Assembly: GCA_965214835.1 (NCBI GenBank)
Contig: CBDCCK010000002.1
Location: forward strand, 1,280,001-1,344,000
DNA length: 64,000 bases
Reading direction: 5' to 3'
DNA from: Nitrosopumilaceae archaeon
GTDB taxonomy: Archaea > Thermoproteota > Nitrososphaeria > Nitrososphaerales > Nitrosopumilaceae
A program made the position numbers and the translations under genes. Below are positions 48,485 through 59,601 of this stretch, in pieces. Within the stretch, counting starts at the first letter, position 1. Every line of letters begins with the position of its first letter. Under the pieces are notes generated by a model. That model did not search any database and had not been told where the DNA came from. It worked only from the letters and a program-made list of their open reading frames with translations.

Positions 48485-48681
48485 CACTAGTGATATCACT
48501 AGCGATAATATTAACCATTCGCCGGGTTTTCAGGATCTTGCCGCCCGGACGGCACTTGCCGGCTAGGGCCCTGACCATCATATGACCACCGCGCCATATA
48601 ACGGGGCAGGGGCAAGCTCTTGCGGCATTTAGGCACGAAATATTACATATTTAACTCTGCGATGTCAAGACTGACTCAATC

Positions 48682-50394
48682 ATGGTCGACTTTATCGAAT
48701 ATGACTTGATTATCTGCGGCTCCGGCCTTGCCGGGCTGCGTGCTGCAATCTCTGCTGCAAAAAAGGCACCGCACCTGAAAATCGCAGTCGTATCAAAGGT
48801 GCAGGTAATGCGCTCCCACTCCGTCTCTGCAGAGGGCGGCACTGCGGCAGTATTGTTCGAAGACGAGGGGGATACCATCGAGTCGCACATTTATGATACC
48901 GTAAAGGGAAGCGACTTTTTGGCCGATCAGGACGTGGCCGAACGGCTCTGCAAGGAGATGCCAAGGGAGGTATACCAGCTGGACCGGTGGGGAATGCCCT
49001 GGTCGCGGCGAAAAAACGGCAGGATTGACCAGCGCGCCTTTGGCGGGTACAGCTTTCCCAGGGCGACCTATGCGTCTGACAAGGTCGGGTTCTTTGAGAT
49101 GCAGACCCTGTACGACACGTGCCAGAGGTTTGAGAACATAGAATACCTCAACGAGTGGTTTGTGACCTCCATCGTACACAACGGCAAAAAGTTCCAGGGG
49201 GTAACTGCCATCGAGATGTCGTCTGGAACGTTTTATGCAATCAAGGGCAGGGCGCTAATCATTGCAACCGGCGGCGCCGGCAGGCTTTACAGCTTTTCAA
49301 CCTATGCGCTGTCCTCGACCCCCGACGGCCTGGACATGGCGTTCCGGGCCGGTCTTGCGCTCAAGGACATGGAGTTTGTCCAGTTCCACCCTACCGGAAT
49401 CCTGCCCTCCGGAATTTTGATTACCGAGGGCGCCAGGGGGGAGGGCGGCCACCTGATAAACAGCGAGGGCGAGCGATTCATGAAAAAATACGCGGCCGGA
49501 AAGATGGAGCTGGCCCCGAGGGATATCGTCTCCCGATCCGTCATCACCGAAATCAACGAGGGCCGCGGATTCAAGCACGAGACCGGGGTCGACTGCATGA
49601 AGCTGGATCTCAGGCACGTCGGAGACGAGGTGATCAGGGAAAAACTCGGGGGCATCAGGGAGATCTCAATCAAGTTTTCGGGAATTGACCCTGCCGAGGA
49701 GATGCTGGATATCCGGCCCGTATGCCACTATATGATGGGCGGAATCCACTCGGATATTGACGGGGCAACCGAGCTCCGGGGCGTGTGGACCGCAGGAGAG
49801 GCTGCCTGCAACAGCACCCACGGCTCCAACAGGCTGGGCGCAAACTCCACTTCCGAGTGCATAGTGTGGGGAAGGATCACAGGCGAGCTTGCAGCCGAGT
49901 ACGCATCCGGCCAGAGCTCCGGCGACGAATGGCCGCACCACCTCGTTGCAGCAGAGGAGAAGAGAATCTATGACGGGATCTTCCGCGGCCACGGTGATGC
50001 CAACCCGTACGAGGTAAGGCAGGAGCTGACCGACATCCTAAACGAAAAGGCGTACGTCTACAGGGACGAGGCCGGCCTCCTGGATGGCCTGAGGCGGCTC
50101 CGCCATCTGCGTGATATGACGTGGAAGCACGTCGATGACGGGGCAAAAGAGTACAACACTAACTTTACTAATGTCATGGAGCTAGACTCTATGTTTAGGG
50201 TGGCTGAGGTTGTCTTGGTAGGCGCAATCAACAGAAAAGAGTCCCGCGGAGGTCATGCCAGAACCGACTATCCAAAGCGGGACGATGCAAACTTTTTGCA
50301 CCACACCCTTGCATACCATGACACCGCAGAGCCCATAATGAAGACGTTTCCGGTGACCATTACAAACTACCAGCCTGTGGAGAGAAGGTACTGA
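48682..50394 (+). CDS. sdhA: Succinate dehydrogenase flavoprotein subunit
   Basis: GSGLAG, RSHSVSAEGG, QFHPTG, HYMMGG, HGSNRLG and ESRGGH motifs. Confidence 0.96.
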   Translation: MVDFIEYDLIICGSGLAGLRAAISAAKKAPHLKIAVVSKVQVMRSHSVSAEGGTAAVLFEDEGDTIESHIYDTVKGSDFLADQDVAERLCKEMPREVYQLDRWGMPWSRRKNGRIDQRAFGGYSFPRATYASDKVGFFEMQTLYDTCQRFENIEYLNEWFVTSIVHNGKKFQGVTAIEMSSGTFYAIKGRALIIATGGAGRLYSFSTYALSSTPDGLDMAFRAGLALKDMEFVQFHPTGILPSGILITEGARGEGGHLINSEGERFMKKYAAGKMELAPRDIVSRSVITEINEGRGFKHETGVDCMKLDLRHVGDEVIREKLGGIREISIKFSGIDPAEEMLDIRPVCHYMMGGIHSDIDGATELRGVWTAGEAACNSTHGSNRLGANSTSECIVWGRITGELAAEYASGQSSGDEWPHHLVAAEEKRIYDGIFRGHGDANPYEVRQELTDILNEKAYVYRDEAGLLDGLRRLRHLRDMTWKHVDDGAKEYNTNFTNVMELDSMFRVAEVVLVGAINRKESRGGHARTDYPKRDDANFLHHTLAYHDTAEPIMKTFPVTITNYQPVERRY

Positions 50395-50837
50395 TGGCAG
50401 ACAACGACAGGAGAAAGGAGGGAATCCGGGGGATGGCCAACCCCGGCCGCTTTGGGATAGAGCGCGTTGCCTACTGGCTGATGCGCCTGACCGGCCTGGG
50501 CCTGCTGGGATACTTTATAGCGCACATTTATGAGACAAGCAACATTCTGCAGGGAAAGATGGGATGGCAGGAGTTTCTGGACATGACACAGACGACGGAG
50601 GGACACGTCTTTATGACACTGGTAATCGGAATGTGCGTCTTTCACACGGTCAACGGGATACGCATAATGCTGGGCCACGGCGGCGTAGGCGTTGGAAGGC
50701 CGGCAAGGCCCGACTATCCGTACGAGCCCGCATCCCAAAACTACAGGCACAAGATAGGCATCTATTCTGCCATAGTCCTTGCCGCAGTTGCCATGATGTA
50801 CGGCATGGCAGTAATGTTTGGTGAGCCGCATGCGTGA
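50394..50837 (+). CDS. sdhC: Succinate dehydrogenase membrane subunit C
   Basis: RLTG and H..NGIR motifs; three TM segments; operon context. Confidence 0.88.
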   Translation: MADNDRRKEGIRGMANPGRFGIERVAYWLMRLTGLGLLGYFIAHIYETSNILQGKMGWQEFLDMTQTTEGHVFMTLVIGMCVFHTVNGIRIMLGHGGVGVGRPARPDYPYEPASQNYRHKIGIYSAIVLAAVAMMYGMAVMFGEPHA

Positions 50838-51177
50838 GAGCATAATAATGAAAGTCCACTACGGCACCGCCCTGGCAGCCGTGGCATTCGTCGCAGTCCA
50901 CATCCTGATGAGGCTCACGCAGGGCGGATACGCCGAATCCCTCGAGTACGAGAGCGTGATTGCAAACTATCAGTTCATCCCGTATGCCGGCATGCTTGAG
51001 ATAATCTTGGTGCTGCTCTCAATACACGGCTTTAACGGCCTGCGCGTGATCCTGCTGGAGCTAAGACAGGGCAGGGTTTATGAAAAGGCAGTCTCGTATG
51101 GGTGTGTGGCCGGCATGGTGGCATTAATAGCATACGGTTCTAGGACAATCATTATGACCAGCATGGGGATGGTATGA
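50830..51177 (+). CDS. sdhD: Succinate dehydrogenase membrane subunit D
   Basis: HGFNGLR motif; three TM segments; operon context. Confidence 0.86.
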   Translation: MRESIIMKVHYGTALAAVAFVAVHILMRLTQGGYAESLEYESVIANYQFIPYAGMLEIILVLLSIHGFNGLRVILLELRQGRVYEKAVSYGCVAGMVALIAYGSRTIIMTSMGMV

Positions 51178-51950
51178 GCATGGCACAGGCATCTGGCATC
51201 GCAGAGGAGCAGGCAGACTCTCATGTCTCCCCGTCGCAGAACGTCACGCTTCGGATAGCGCGGTACAACCCCGAGGTCGATGACGAGTCCCGGTTCATGG
51301 AGTTTAGCGTTCCGTACGAGAGGTGGACCACCGTGCTTGAGGCAATCCTAGAGGTCAAAAAGCACCTTGATCACTCCGTTGCGGTCCGCTATTCGTGCAG
51401 GCAGGCAACATGCGGCTCCTGCGGAATGATAATCAACGGCAAGCCGAGACTTGCGTGCTTTACCAAGATAAGCGAGCTGGAATCCGACGTCGTGACCGTA
51501 GAGCCGATGAATAACTTTCCCATAGTCCGTGATCTGGCCGTAAGGTTTGAGAGGATGTTTGACTCCCACCACAGGATCAAGCCGTACCTGATCCGCGACG
51601 GCGATGACGAGGCAGACTACGGCACCCGGGAGCTTTTGCAGACCCCGGAGGAGCACGAGCGGTACATCCAGTTTGCAAACTGCATAAAGTGCGGCCTGTG
51701 CAACTCGGCATGCCCGACGATGGCCACCGACTCGTCGTTTGTCGGCCCGCAGGCCCTTGCCCAGGCGTACCGGTATGCCGCAGACAGCAGGGACAAGGGA
51801 AAAGACGAGCGACTCAGGGTAATCGACGAGTCCCATGGAATCTGGAGATGCCACTTTGCGGGCTCTTGCAGCCAGGTCTGCCCCAAGGGGGTCGATCCCG
51901 CAATGGGAATCCAGCTGCTCAGGGGATACATGCTGGGATTCGGGGGATAG
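51174..51950 (+). CDS. sdhB: Succinate dehydrogenase iron-sulfur subunit
   Basis: SCRQATCGSC, CIKCGLC...CP and CHFAGSC..VCP motifs. Confidence 0.95.
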   Translation: MSMAQASGIAEEQADSHVSPSQNVTLRIARYNPEVDDESRFMEFSVPYERWTTVLEAILEVKKHLDHSVAVRYSCRQATCGSCGMIINGKPRLACFTKISELESDVVTVEPMNNFPIVRDLAVRFERMFDSHHRIKPYLIRDGDDEADYGTRELLQTPEEHERYIQFANCIKCGLCNSACPTMATDSSFVGPQALAQAYRYAADSRDKGKDERLRVIDESHGIWRCHFAGSCSQVCPKGVDPAMGIQLLRGYMLGFGG

Positions 51951-51952
51951 TC

Positions 51953-52273
51953 TTAGGCCTTTTTTGGGTTGGGGCTGTTGTTTACCTGGTTGTTGATCTG
52001 CTCTGCCATAAAGTGGTTTGAGACGTTTACCTTTACGTCATCGACGCCGTCTATCCTTAGAAGGTTGTCGTGAATGTCCTGACAGATCTTGAATCCGAAC
52101 ACCGCAGGACAAAACGGGCTTGTCAGGTGCAGATCCACCCTGACATTGGACTGATCAATGTCTACCTCGTCAATTAGTTCCAGCTCTGTGATTGTGGTGT
52201 TGATTTCCGGATCAACTATCTGGGAGAGCTCGTCGAAAATCTTTACCCTCAGCTGCTTGATGTCTTGGGACAT
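51953..52273 (-). CDS. DUF59 / SufT-like Fe-S assembly protein
   Basis: DPE...I.EL.L...LTSPFCP. Confidence 0.88.
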   Translation of the reverse strand: MSQDIKQLRVKIFDELSQIVDPEINTTITELELIDEVDIDQSNVRVDLHLTSPFCPAVFGFKICQDIHDNLLRIDGVDDVKVNVSNHFMAEQINNQVNNSPNPKKA

Positions 52274-52316
52274 AACGGCCAAATCGTCTATGCTATATAT
52301 AACCATTCTAGAACGT

Positions 52317-53783
52317 ATGGTGATGTATCGTTCCCGTCTTGGCGGCGACCTGGGTGATATAACCCTGGATTACGTCTCCTCTGTATCAGACGATGCCGAG
52401 ATTGCAGGCTATGACATCATCGGAAGCCAGGCCCATGTCATCATGCTGCATGACTGCGGCATCATATCGGGGCCAGAGGCAAAGAAAATCCTCGCGGCAC
52501 TAGAGGAGCTAAAGGGGGAGAAATTCGATAGGGGGCACGGCTCTGAGGATATCCACGAGCTGATCGAGGCACTGGTCATCAAAAAGGCGGGGCCTGCAAG
52601 CGGCGGCAAGATGCATACCGCACGATCCCGGAACGACCAGGTGGCACTTGACATCCGCATGAAGATCCGCGACGACATCAATGTCCTGTGTGGCTGCCTG
52701 CTTGATGCTGCAGAGGCGCTGGTATCGGTGGCGCAAAAGCACCAGAAAACCGTCATGCCGCTGTACACCCACCTGCAGCAGGCCCAGGCAGGCACGTTTT
52801 CCCACTATCTGCTTGCACACGCCGACGCGCTGCTCCGCGACCTTGGAAGGTTCTCTGACAGCTATGCCCGCCTCAACCAGAGTCCACTTGGGGCGGGGCC
52901 CGTGGGAGGCACCAGCATTCCCATTGACAGGGACAGCACGTCCCGGATGCTGGGCTTTGACGGCATAGTCGAGAACTCCATTGATGCCACTAGCACCAGG
53001 GACTTTGTCGCCGAGTACGTGGCAAACGCGGCAATCATGATGACCAACCTCAGCAGGCTGGCAGAGGACTTTGTCATCTGGTCTTCTGCGGAGTTCTCCT
53101 TTGTCGAGCTGTCCGACGAGTTTGCCTCCCCCTCCAGCGTCATGCCGCACAAGAAAAACCCAGACATTTTGGAGCTGACGCGTGGAAAGGCTGCGGGCGT
53201 CATTGGCAGCCTAGTGGGCGTTCTGTCTGCCGTCAAGGGGCTGGCCACCGGCTACGGGCGTGACCTGCAGCAGATAAAGCCGTCAATCTGGTCCACGTCA
53301 AAGACCTCGGTTGCGGCCCTGCTTGTAGTCAGGTCGATGCTCCTTACGCTGTCCGTCAACGAAAGGAGGATGAAAAAGGCAGCAGATGGCAGCTATCTGA
53401 TCTCCCTAGATGTTGCAGAAAGGCTGGTCCAGAACCGGGTTCCCTTCAGAACCGCGCACAGGATAGCAGGACAGCTCGTTCAAAAGGCGCATCTTGGAGG
53501 CAAGCAGCTGTCAAGGCTCGCGCCGGGGGAGATCAGAGCCTGTGTCAGGGATACTGGCGTAAAATCAAAGCTGGTATCTGAAATAGTCCGGTCTACCACC
53601 ACATCCTCGTCACTGCGCGGGCGCGTATCCCGCGGTTCGTCTGGATACGCAGAGCAAAGGCGCATGATTGCACAGCGCGTAAAAAAAATCGACCAATGCC
53701 GGGCACAGACTGCCAAGCGAGACGACGACGTCGGTGCTGCCATCAAGCGGCTGCAGCAGAGAGTCTCAGAGCTTGTCAAATAG
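52317..53783 (+). CDS. argH: Argininosuccinate lyase
   Basis: EDIH, RSRNDQ, YTHLQQAQ and SSVMPHKKNPD motifs. Confidence 0.95.
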   Translation: MVMYRSRLGGDLGDITLDYVSSVSDDAEIAGYDIIGSQAHVIMLHDCGIISGPEAKKILAALEELKGEKFDRGHGSEDIHELIEALVIKKAGPASGGKMHTARSRNDQVALDIRMKIRDDINVLCGCLLDAAEALVSVAQKHQKTVMPLYTHLQQAQAGTFSHYLLAHADALLRDLGRFSDSYARLNQSPLGAGPVGGTSIPIDRDSTSRMLGFDGIVENSIDATSTRDFVAEYVANAAIMMTNLSRLAEDFVIWSSAEFSFVELSDEFASPSSVMPHKKNPDILELTRGKAAGVIGSLVGVLSAVKGLATGYGRDLQQIKPSIWSTSKTSVAALLVVRSMLLTLSVNERRMKKAADGSYLISLDVAERLVQNRVPFRTAHRIAGQLVQKAHLGGKQLSRLAPGEIRACVRDTGVKSKLVSEIVRSTTTSSSLRGRVSRGSSGYAEQRRMIAQRVKKIDQCRAQTAKRDDDVGAAIKRLQQRVSELVK

Positions 53784-54417
53784 GATCGCCAAAAAGACCG
53801 ATGATAACAAGCGGCCGGCATGACCCGTGCGAGCCGGCGCCGAGCCCGCCCGTTTCTGAACCATGTCTTCCTGCCTGGGACGGGGGGGGGGGGATCATGG
53901 CCCGTCACCACGGGCTATGGCAGGGGGATCTTGAGGAAATATCCGGGATTTCTCCGATAGTTGGGGCCATCAGTAAGCATGACAAAAGTCCGATCAGGAT
54001 ATTTTGTTCGGAGATTTCGCTTACGATCAGCGAAATGCTTGACAAGTTCATTAAATGCCAATACCGGACATTGCCTGTGAGCATAACATGGCAACAGCTG
54101 GCGATACTGGACTGTTGTGTTTGTTTATACACGGAGGCGGGGATCATCAGGTTAGGGGAGGAGCCAACCTGCAAAAGATGGCGTATTTTTGCCGGTGCCT
54201 GAACCGGGACATCAGCTACTGCCGACTCTTGTCACGGGCCGCTCTCCGTTGTGCTCACAGGAAGACGGCAGAATCTGCCGGGCTGGCTGAGCAAGACGGC
54301 TGCACCTGGCATACCTTTGGTCTCGCCGGACAGGGAACCGTGTTTTAGGGAAACTTGAAAAAACGCATGCGACAGGGCAGGCATCATCGCGTCAGGCCGC
54401 CGGCCGGATCCGCAATC

Positions 54418-55740
54418 CTAGAACCTTACCAGCTTCTCCAAGTTCTCCTTTGATCCTATGTCTCGCCTGTACTCCAAGTCGCCTGTTGTGTAGTTGTCTA
54501 TTGCAAAATTGACTGCCTCAGAGGCAGACTCGATTGTATCTGAAACGGCCCCAAAGGCTGCAACGCGTGAGTTTTTCACCGTCATGAAGCGATTGTGCCC
54601 CGTCTTGACGCACGAGGCGTAAAGCACGCGAACGCCACTCTTTGATACCTCACTCTCATCAATGCTAAAAGGGCGGGGCGTGGTATCGGGGCCGGGATAA
54701 GACGGCGTGACCAGGTATTTGACCACACTTGCCTTTTCAATGAACCTTGTGCCGGATTCTGACAGCGTCTTGTCCCAGATGTGTATGAGCAGCTCAGAAA
54801 ACGAGCCCTGGAGAACACTTAGAACGTTGATCCCCTCCGGATCGCCGAATCTCCCATTGAACTCCATGAATCTTATCCCGTGCTTGGTCTTGAAAAATCC
54901 GCCATTGAGGACTCCGTTGAACTTGAGTCCCATGCTCCGGATCTCGTCGATTATCCTCTGCATTATGTGCCGGCAGTCATCCAGGTCGTCGTCGGTCATG
55001 AATGGGAGCTTTTTTTCCGAGTTCGTAAAACAGCCCATGCCGCCGGTTCCGGCCCCCCGGTCACCCTCAAGCCTGAACGGATAGTCATAGCTTGCAGGAG
55101 CGAGCACGAGTTTTTCCCCGTCGGTTATGCCCATTATTGTAAACTCTATCCCATGGAGCTTTTCCACCAACAGAACCTGCTGGCCGTCGTGCAGTAGTGA
55201 TCCGGCATAATCAATGCAGTCCTGATAGGACTGCAGGTGCTCGGGCATGACCTTCACGCCTTTTCCTCCCGTCAGTCCCTGTGGCTTGACTGCCATCTCC
55301 AGGTTCTGCGACGCAAACGAGTCAACTGCGTCCCTTAGTTCGACTGCATCTGAAACCACAATAAAAAACGGCGTAAACTTGGGGCATGTTTTCTTCACCA
55401 TCTCGATTGAATACACCTTGTCCCATTCTATTCTAGACGCCTCCCTTGTTCCGCCGATGACCTTGATGTTGTTTTCCAACAGCATGTCAACGACGCCGTT
55501 TGCCAGAGGCTCATCGGCACTGACAAAAACATAATCAACCTCATGCGCCCTGGCAAAGTCCAGAACCGTCTCGGGATTGCTTGCATCCCCAATGGCGTAG
55601 CTGCCACCTGACGTTTTGACATAATGCACGATGGACGGGTTTTCATGGGACATCACCGCATAGACGCCCACATCCTTGGCCAGCTGTTCGGCAAAGGCGC
55701 TCTCACGTCCGCCACTGCCTACAATGAGAAATTTTTTCAT
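54418..55740 (-). CDS. purD: Phosphoribosylamine-glycine ligase (ATP-grasp), divergent
   Basis: GSGGRE, KPQGLTGGKGV, GTGGMG, EFNGRFGDPE and YRRDIG motifs. Confidence 0.85.
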   Translation of the reverse strand: MKKFLIVGSGGRESAFAEQLAKDVGVYAVMSHENPSIVHYVKTSGGSYAIGDASNPETVLDFARAHEVDYVFVSADEPLANGVVDMLLENNIKVIGGTREASRIEWDKVYSIEMVKKTCPKFTPFFIVVSDAVELRDAVDSFASQNLEMAVKPQGLTGGKGVKVMPEHLQSYQDCIDYAGSLLHDGQQVLLVEKLHGIEFTIMGITDGEKLVLAPASYDYPFRLEGDRGAGTGGMGCFTNSEKKLPFMTDDDLDDCRHIMQRIIDEIRSMGLKFNGVLNGGFFKTKHGIRFMEFNGRFGDPEGINVLSVLQGSFSELLIHIWDKTLSESGTRFIEKASVVKYLVTPSYPGPDTTPRPFSIDESEVSKSGVRVLYASCVKTGHNRFMTVKNSRVAAFGAVSDTIESASEAVNFAIDNYTTGDLEYRRDIGSKENLEKLVRF

Positions 55741-55919
55741 CCTCTGTACCGTTTTGGGATCCGGGGGTATTTTTTTGTGTCGCATTTGACGATGTGAGAA
55801 AACGGGCGTGAAAACCCCCATTGCCGGACTATGATTTGCTTGCTGATTTTTTGTGAGGGAACCAGGACAACTTTACGGGAGGCCACGTCCCCATAGTACG
55901 TACGGTTGAAACAAACATT

Positions 55920-56011
55920 GTACGAGGTCACCTACCCCTACAAATCAGGCACGAATTGGCATGTACGGCCGTGGCTTTCGTGCATGCCGGCGGGGGGACG
56001 TGACCTCGTAC
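55920..56011. mobile_element. MITE family D copy
   Basis: Perfect TIR GTACGAGGTCAC / GTGACCTCGTAC; no TSD; abuts a truncated transposase. Confidence 0.85.
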
Positions 56012-56506
56012 AGAAGAAGGACTTTGCGCGCAACACCCCAGGTGATTGCCGACAAGAAGGGACTGGCGATGTATGCAAGCAAGTCGGCGCCCGGAAGCAC
56101 GCACGACCTCACCATGATAAAGAACAACCCACCGGATCTGGGAATCCTGACTGCCAGGATGCGCAGCAACAGAAAGCACCCCGAGGACGAGAAGGCAAAG
56201 CTGTTCTCTGACCTAGGATACGTGGGAATCAAGAATCTGTGCCCAGGGGCCACATCCGTGCAGCCCGACAAGAAGCCAAGGAAAGGCAAGCTTACAAAGA
56301 AACAGAAAGCGCAGAACAGGAGGATAAGCAGCAAGAGGGTGACAGTAGAGCACGCCATAGGACGGATAAAGCAGTACAAGCGGATGCGTGATCCGTACGA
56401 CGGGACCGCCGAGGAGTTCGACAGGGAGTTCCAGGTGACGGCCGGGCTTGCCAACTTTAGGCTGCTGTGGGACAAGCGGAACAAGAAGCTCATGCATGGG
56501 TTCTGA
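56012..56506 (+). pseudogene. IS5/ISL2-like (DDE_Tnp_4) transposase C-terminal remnant
   Basis: PGSTHD, SDLGY.G, P.KKP and N...S..RV.VEHAIGRIK motifs. Confidence 0.8.
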
Positions 56507-57598
56507 TACCACGATACGGAGCGCATTGCGGCGCCACACGATGCCGCACTATACTGTAGTTTTTACCAGCTGTAATGGCTCGTAGCTGCACTATATACGG
56601 ACTCTGCCGCCCTCATACACGTCATGTGATGCCGTCAGCCTTGCATGTATGGCCGGCCACCGTCGGAATATTTCGATCCGGTCGATTACGCATAAGGTCT
56701 AGTTCTTTCCAGATGGAATTGTGGAAAAGCTTGAAGGCGAGGTGGAAGATGGATTAACAAGATTGCAAGATGAGGAGCTGCCTGCAATGGATCAAATGAT
56801 AGCAGATCTGAGAAAGTCATTACAAAAAGTACTATAGACTTTGCGTCATCGGTGCAGATCAAAAAAATCAGGCGGTTTTTACGCCATTTTTGGAAAATAC
56901 GCACAAGGTTCAACGAGCCTGATTACAATCACTGTTTTTCTAGATTTCACGGAGGGTTTTTTTTGCAAGCTCGAAAACTATGCAGAATTGTGAATTCATA
57001 GCTGCTTGTTTTTTCTGCCTGAGAGATGATCCGAAATTAGAAGCCGTAAATGCCCGGATTTTTCCGTACGTTTTCCAAGTGGTTTTACATGCAGATAACC
57101 TGCACTTGTAAGCATTTTAGCCGATTTAATGTAGTTTGTTTATGCATGATTCAAATTTTGCTAATTTCGGATCACTTCTATGAGAACAATGCTTACACGC
57201 TGGTAGATATCATCGCGTGGACAAGCAACAGGGGAATAGAACCAAAAAACGTAATCCAGATCGATGTCGCCAATACGATTGAAAATATCCTAAGAAACGA
57301 CTTTTCTAGGCAATGAGAGGAGCGCCCATGTCCACATCAACCCTGATCCCTAGCAACCCTGCTAGTATCAGGGATTCAGGCATGGACAGATCCTACAATT
57401 TACTACAAAATAGTAGAATAAAAAACAATAGGATGCGCCTTGAACAAATGATGTGCCAAGCACTCAAACAGTCAAATTGCACAACAACACGATTGTGAAT
57501 ATTGCAAAGGCGATTCCTCGGACCGTCATATCCAACACTCGATGTCATCTACTCTTTTCCCGCCTATTTCATTCTTGGTAAAAACCCATAGTGGAAGG

Positions 57599-57673
57599 CG
57601 GGTCTAGTGGGATTCGAACCCACGACAGCTGGCTTAAAAGGCCAGTGCGCTAGCCTGGCTGCGCTATAGACCC
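57599..57673 (-). tRNA. tRNA-Lys(TTT)
   Basis: GGGTCTA...TAGACCCG; anticodon loop CT-TTT-AA. Confidence 0.94.
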
Positions 57674-57903
57674 CGTAAACAACCACCCCCTTATGCGTAT
57701 AATTAGTCTTTTACAGAAATACGATCGGCGCCGCCTGTGCCACCTCGCCAGACGTGCACCTATACTATGATCACTCCGCCGGCGACCGGCCACTGCAGGG
57801 CCCCTCGCGCATACAGCCCCTGTCTTTGCGTTCAGGCGTGGCCATGTAATATATCAACCCCTTAGGAAACTTTTAAACACTCGACCCTAGTTTTAGGTTT
57901 CGT

Positions 57904-57978
57904 GCCCTTGTAGTATAGCCCGGTCTAGAATTCGGCCCTGTCACGGCTGAGACGCGTGTTCAAATCCCGCCGAGGGCG
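57904..57978 (+). tRNA. tRNA-Asp(GTC)
   Basis: GCCCTTG...CGAGGGCG, followed by CCA; anticodon loop CT-GTC-AC; upstream TTTTAAA box. Confidence 0.93.
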
Positions 57979-58356
57979 CCATTCCTCTTTATTCAAATCC
58001 CTGCAAGGGATCTCCTCATGTCCGTCCCCGCTGGTCATTGTCTCCTAGGGCAGCCTCAAGATCCCCGGTTATCACGTACGAGCCTTCCATAGATCTTGCT
58101 CTGAGGACTCGTCTGGATCCTGAGATTGATTTGACGACTTTGACGACTTTGACGCCTGAGAGTTGATTCGAAATTAGCAGATCCTGATTATTTGTGAACG
58201 AATCTGCATAAAACGGTTCAAAATACCAACAAAATGCAAACTATCTGTGAAATTACTTGAAAAATTCATACGGCTTCTAATTTCGGATCATCTCCCAGGA
58301 GGGAAAAAACCAAGAAAAGGATCCGCACCTTTGCCGATTACATAAAGCCAGAAAAC

Positions 58357-59169
58357 TTGGAAATTCTGGGAATCGTCTCATACAAGCCATCATACACGCT
58401 AAATAACGAGGCACCATTCGAAGACCAAATGGCCAGATACCTGATGAAAAAGTGGAAAGTCATACAGGAAGGCGGCTATGAGGGAGCGGTTTTCCTGTTA
58501 GACGAGTTTCATACGATCAAGAATGTAAAACAGAACAACTGGCACATGCTTACCGATTTTACCGGGGCGATAAACGACGTACAAACCAGGGGTTGCCGAT
58601 ATTCGCTTGTTTTATGCGGACTTCCAATTCTGCCAGAAAACGTCAAGATAGCACGCTCTTATTCGGAGAGGATGTTTGCATCTGTGCCAATAACCAGTCT
58701 AGATACTGCAAGTGCCAGGAAGGTCATCTCAGGGCCACTCATCGATACCGACTGGAAATTCTCTGATGAACTAGTGGACTCGATCGTACGAGACACGGAC
58801 GGATACCCGTATTTTATCCAGTTCTTCTGTAGCGAGATTATAAATCGCATAAACAGGGAAGAGATTGATGTTGGCTACGAGCAGGTTTAAAATTCAATAA
58901 AAGACAGTCTGTGGCTTGATTTTTTTGATTATCGTATGAAAGCGTTAAGCAGTGGACAGAGGCAAATTTTATACTCAATGGCTTCCATACCGAAGGGAAA
59001 AATTACCTTCTCATCTATCTACAACCTGGTGAATATGAGCAAGGGAACATTCTCAAAACATCTAAAACGCCTTGAGGAAAAGGGCCTCATCTATCGGCCC
59101 GAACGTGGAATATACCAACTCCTGCTGCCGATGCTACGAGAGTGCCTTCTGAGACGAGACCCAAATTAA
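58357..59169 (+). pseudogene. Archaeal AAA/STAND-like ATPase with C-terminal wHTH; 5'-truncated, in-frame stop at 58888
   Basis: FLLDEFH Walker B; TDGYPYFIQ; LS..QR.IL...L.RLEEKGLIY; both ORFs are in the same frame. Confidence 0.75.
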
Positions 59170-59270
59170 ATATCCGAATTCATAAAAGTAACCTAGAAGC
59201 AACTCAAATCGGCAAAGTCGGCAAAGCGTGGTTTCAGATACTTAAACATGATCTCAAAGATTCTTAGACC

Positions 59271-59499
59271 GGGATTGTCGCCTAATTCATCAGAATTTCT
59301 GAAAACCATCGAGTTGCCATATGGATCAGGCGTGCAAAAGGGCGGAAATTCAGAAAAACGTGCAGATTGAGCCAAACAAGTGGAATTGGGCGGGTACGAG
59401 GTCACCTACCCCCACCAGTCAGGCACGAATTAGCATGAATGATTGTGATCTTCACGCCTAGCTAGCAAGGGACGTGACCACATACTTGGGCGGCATCCC
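59271..59499. mobile_element. MITE family B copy with a family D MITE nested in its right TIR
   Basis: Left end GGGATTGTCGCCTAATTC; right end GAATTGGGCGG|CATCCC is restored when the insert is removed. Confidence 0.8.
59394..59485. mobile_element. MITE family D copy (92 bp)
   Basis: TIR as in the other copies; 8-bp TSD TTGGGCGG. Confidence 0.92.
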
Positions 59500-59601
59500 A
59501 CCCCTTTGATACCGTGCGCTTGCCATATATCAGAACGTCCATAATCATGGATGTTATAATATATATTAAAATAGGATAAAAAGTGAATATTATAATACAA
59601 A

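Noticed and set aside
48540-48640. Degenerate MITE-like sequence upstream of sdhA
   Set aside because: Only a family-C-like right end and one AGGCACGAAA motif; no matching left end or TSD.
53790-54410. Possible ncRNA (RNase P/SRP) in the argH-purD gap
   Set aside because: No RNase P or SRP consensus motifs were recognised; the G-run and short hairpins are not sufficient.
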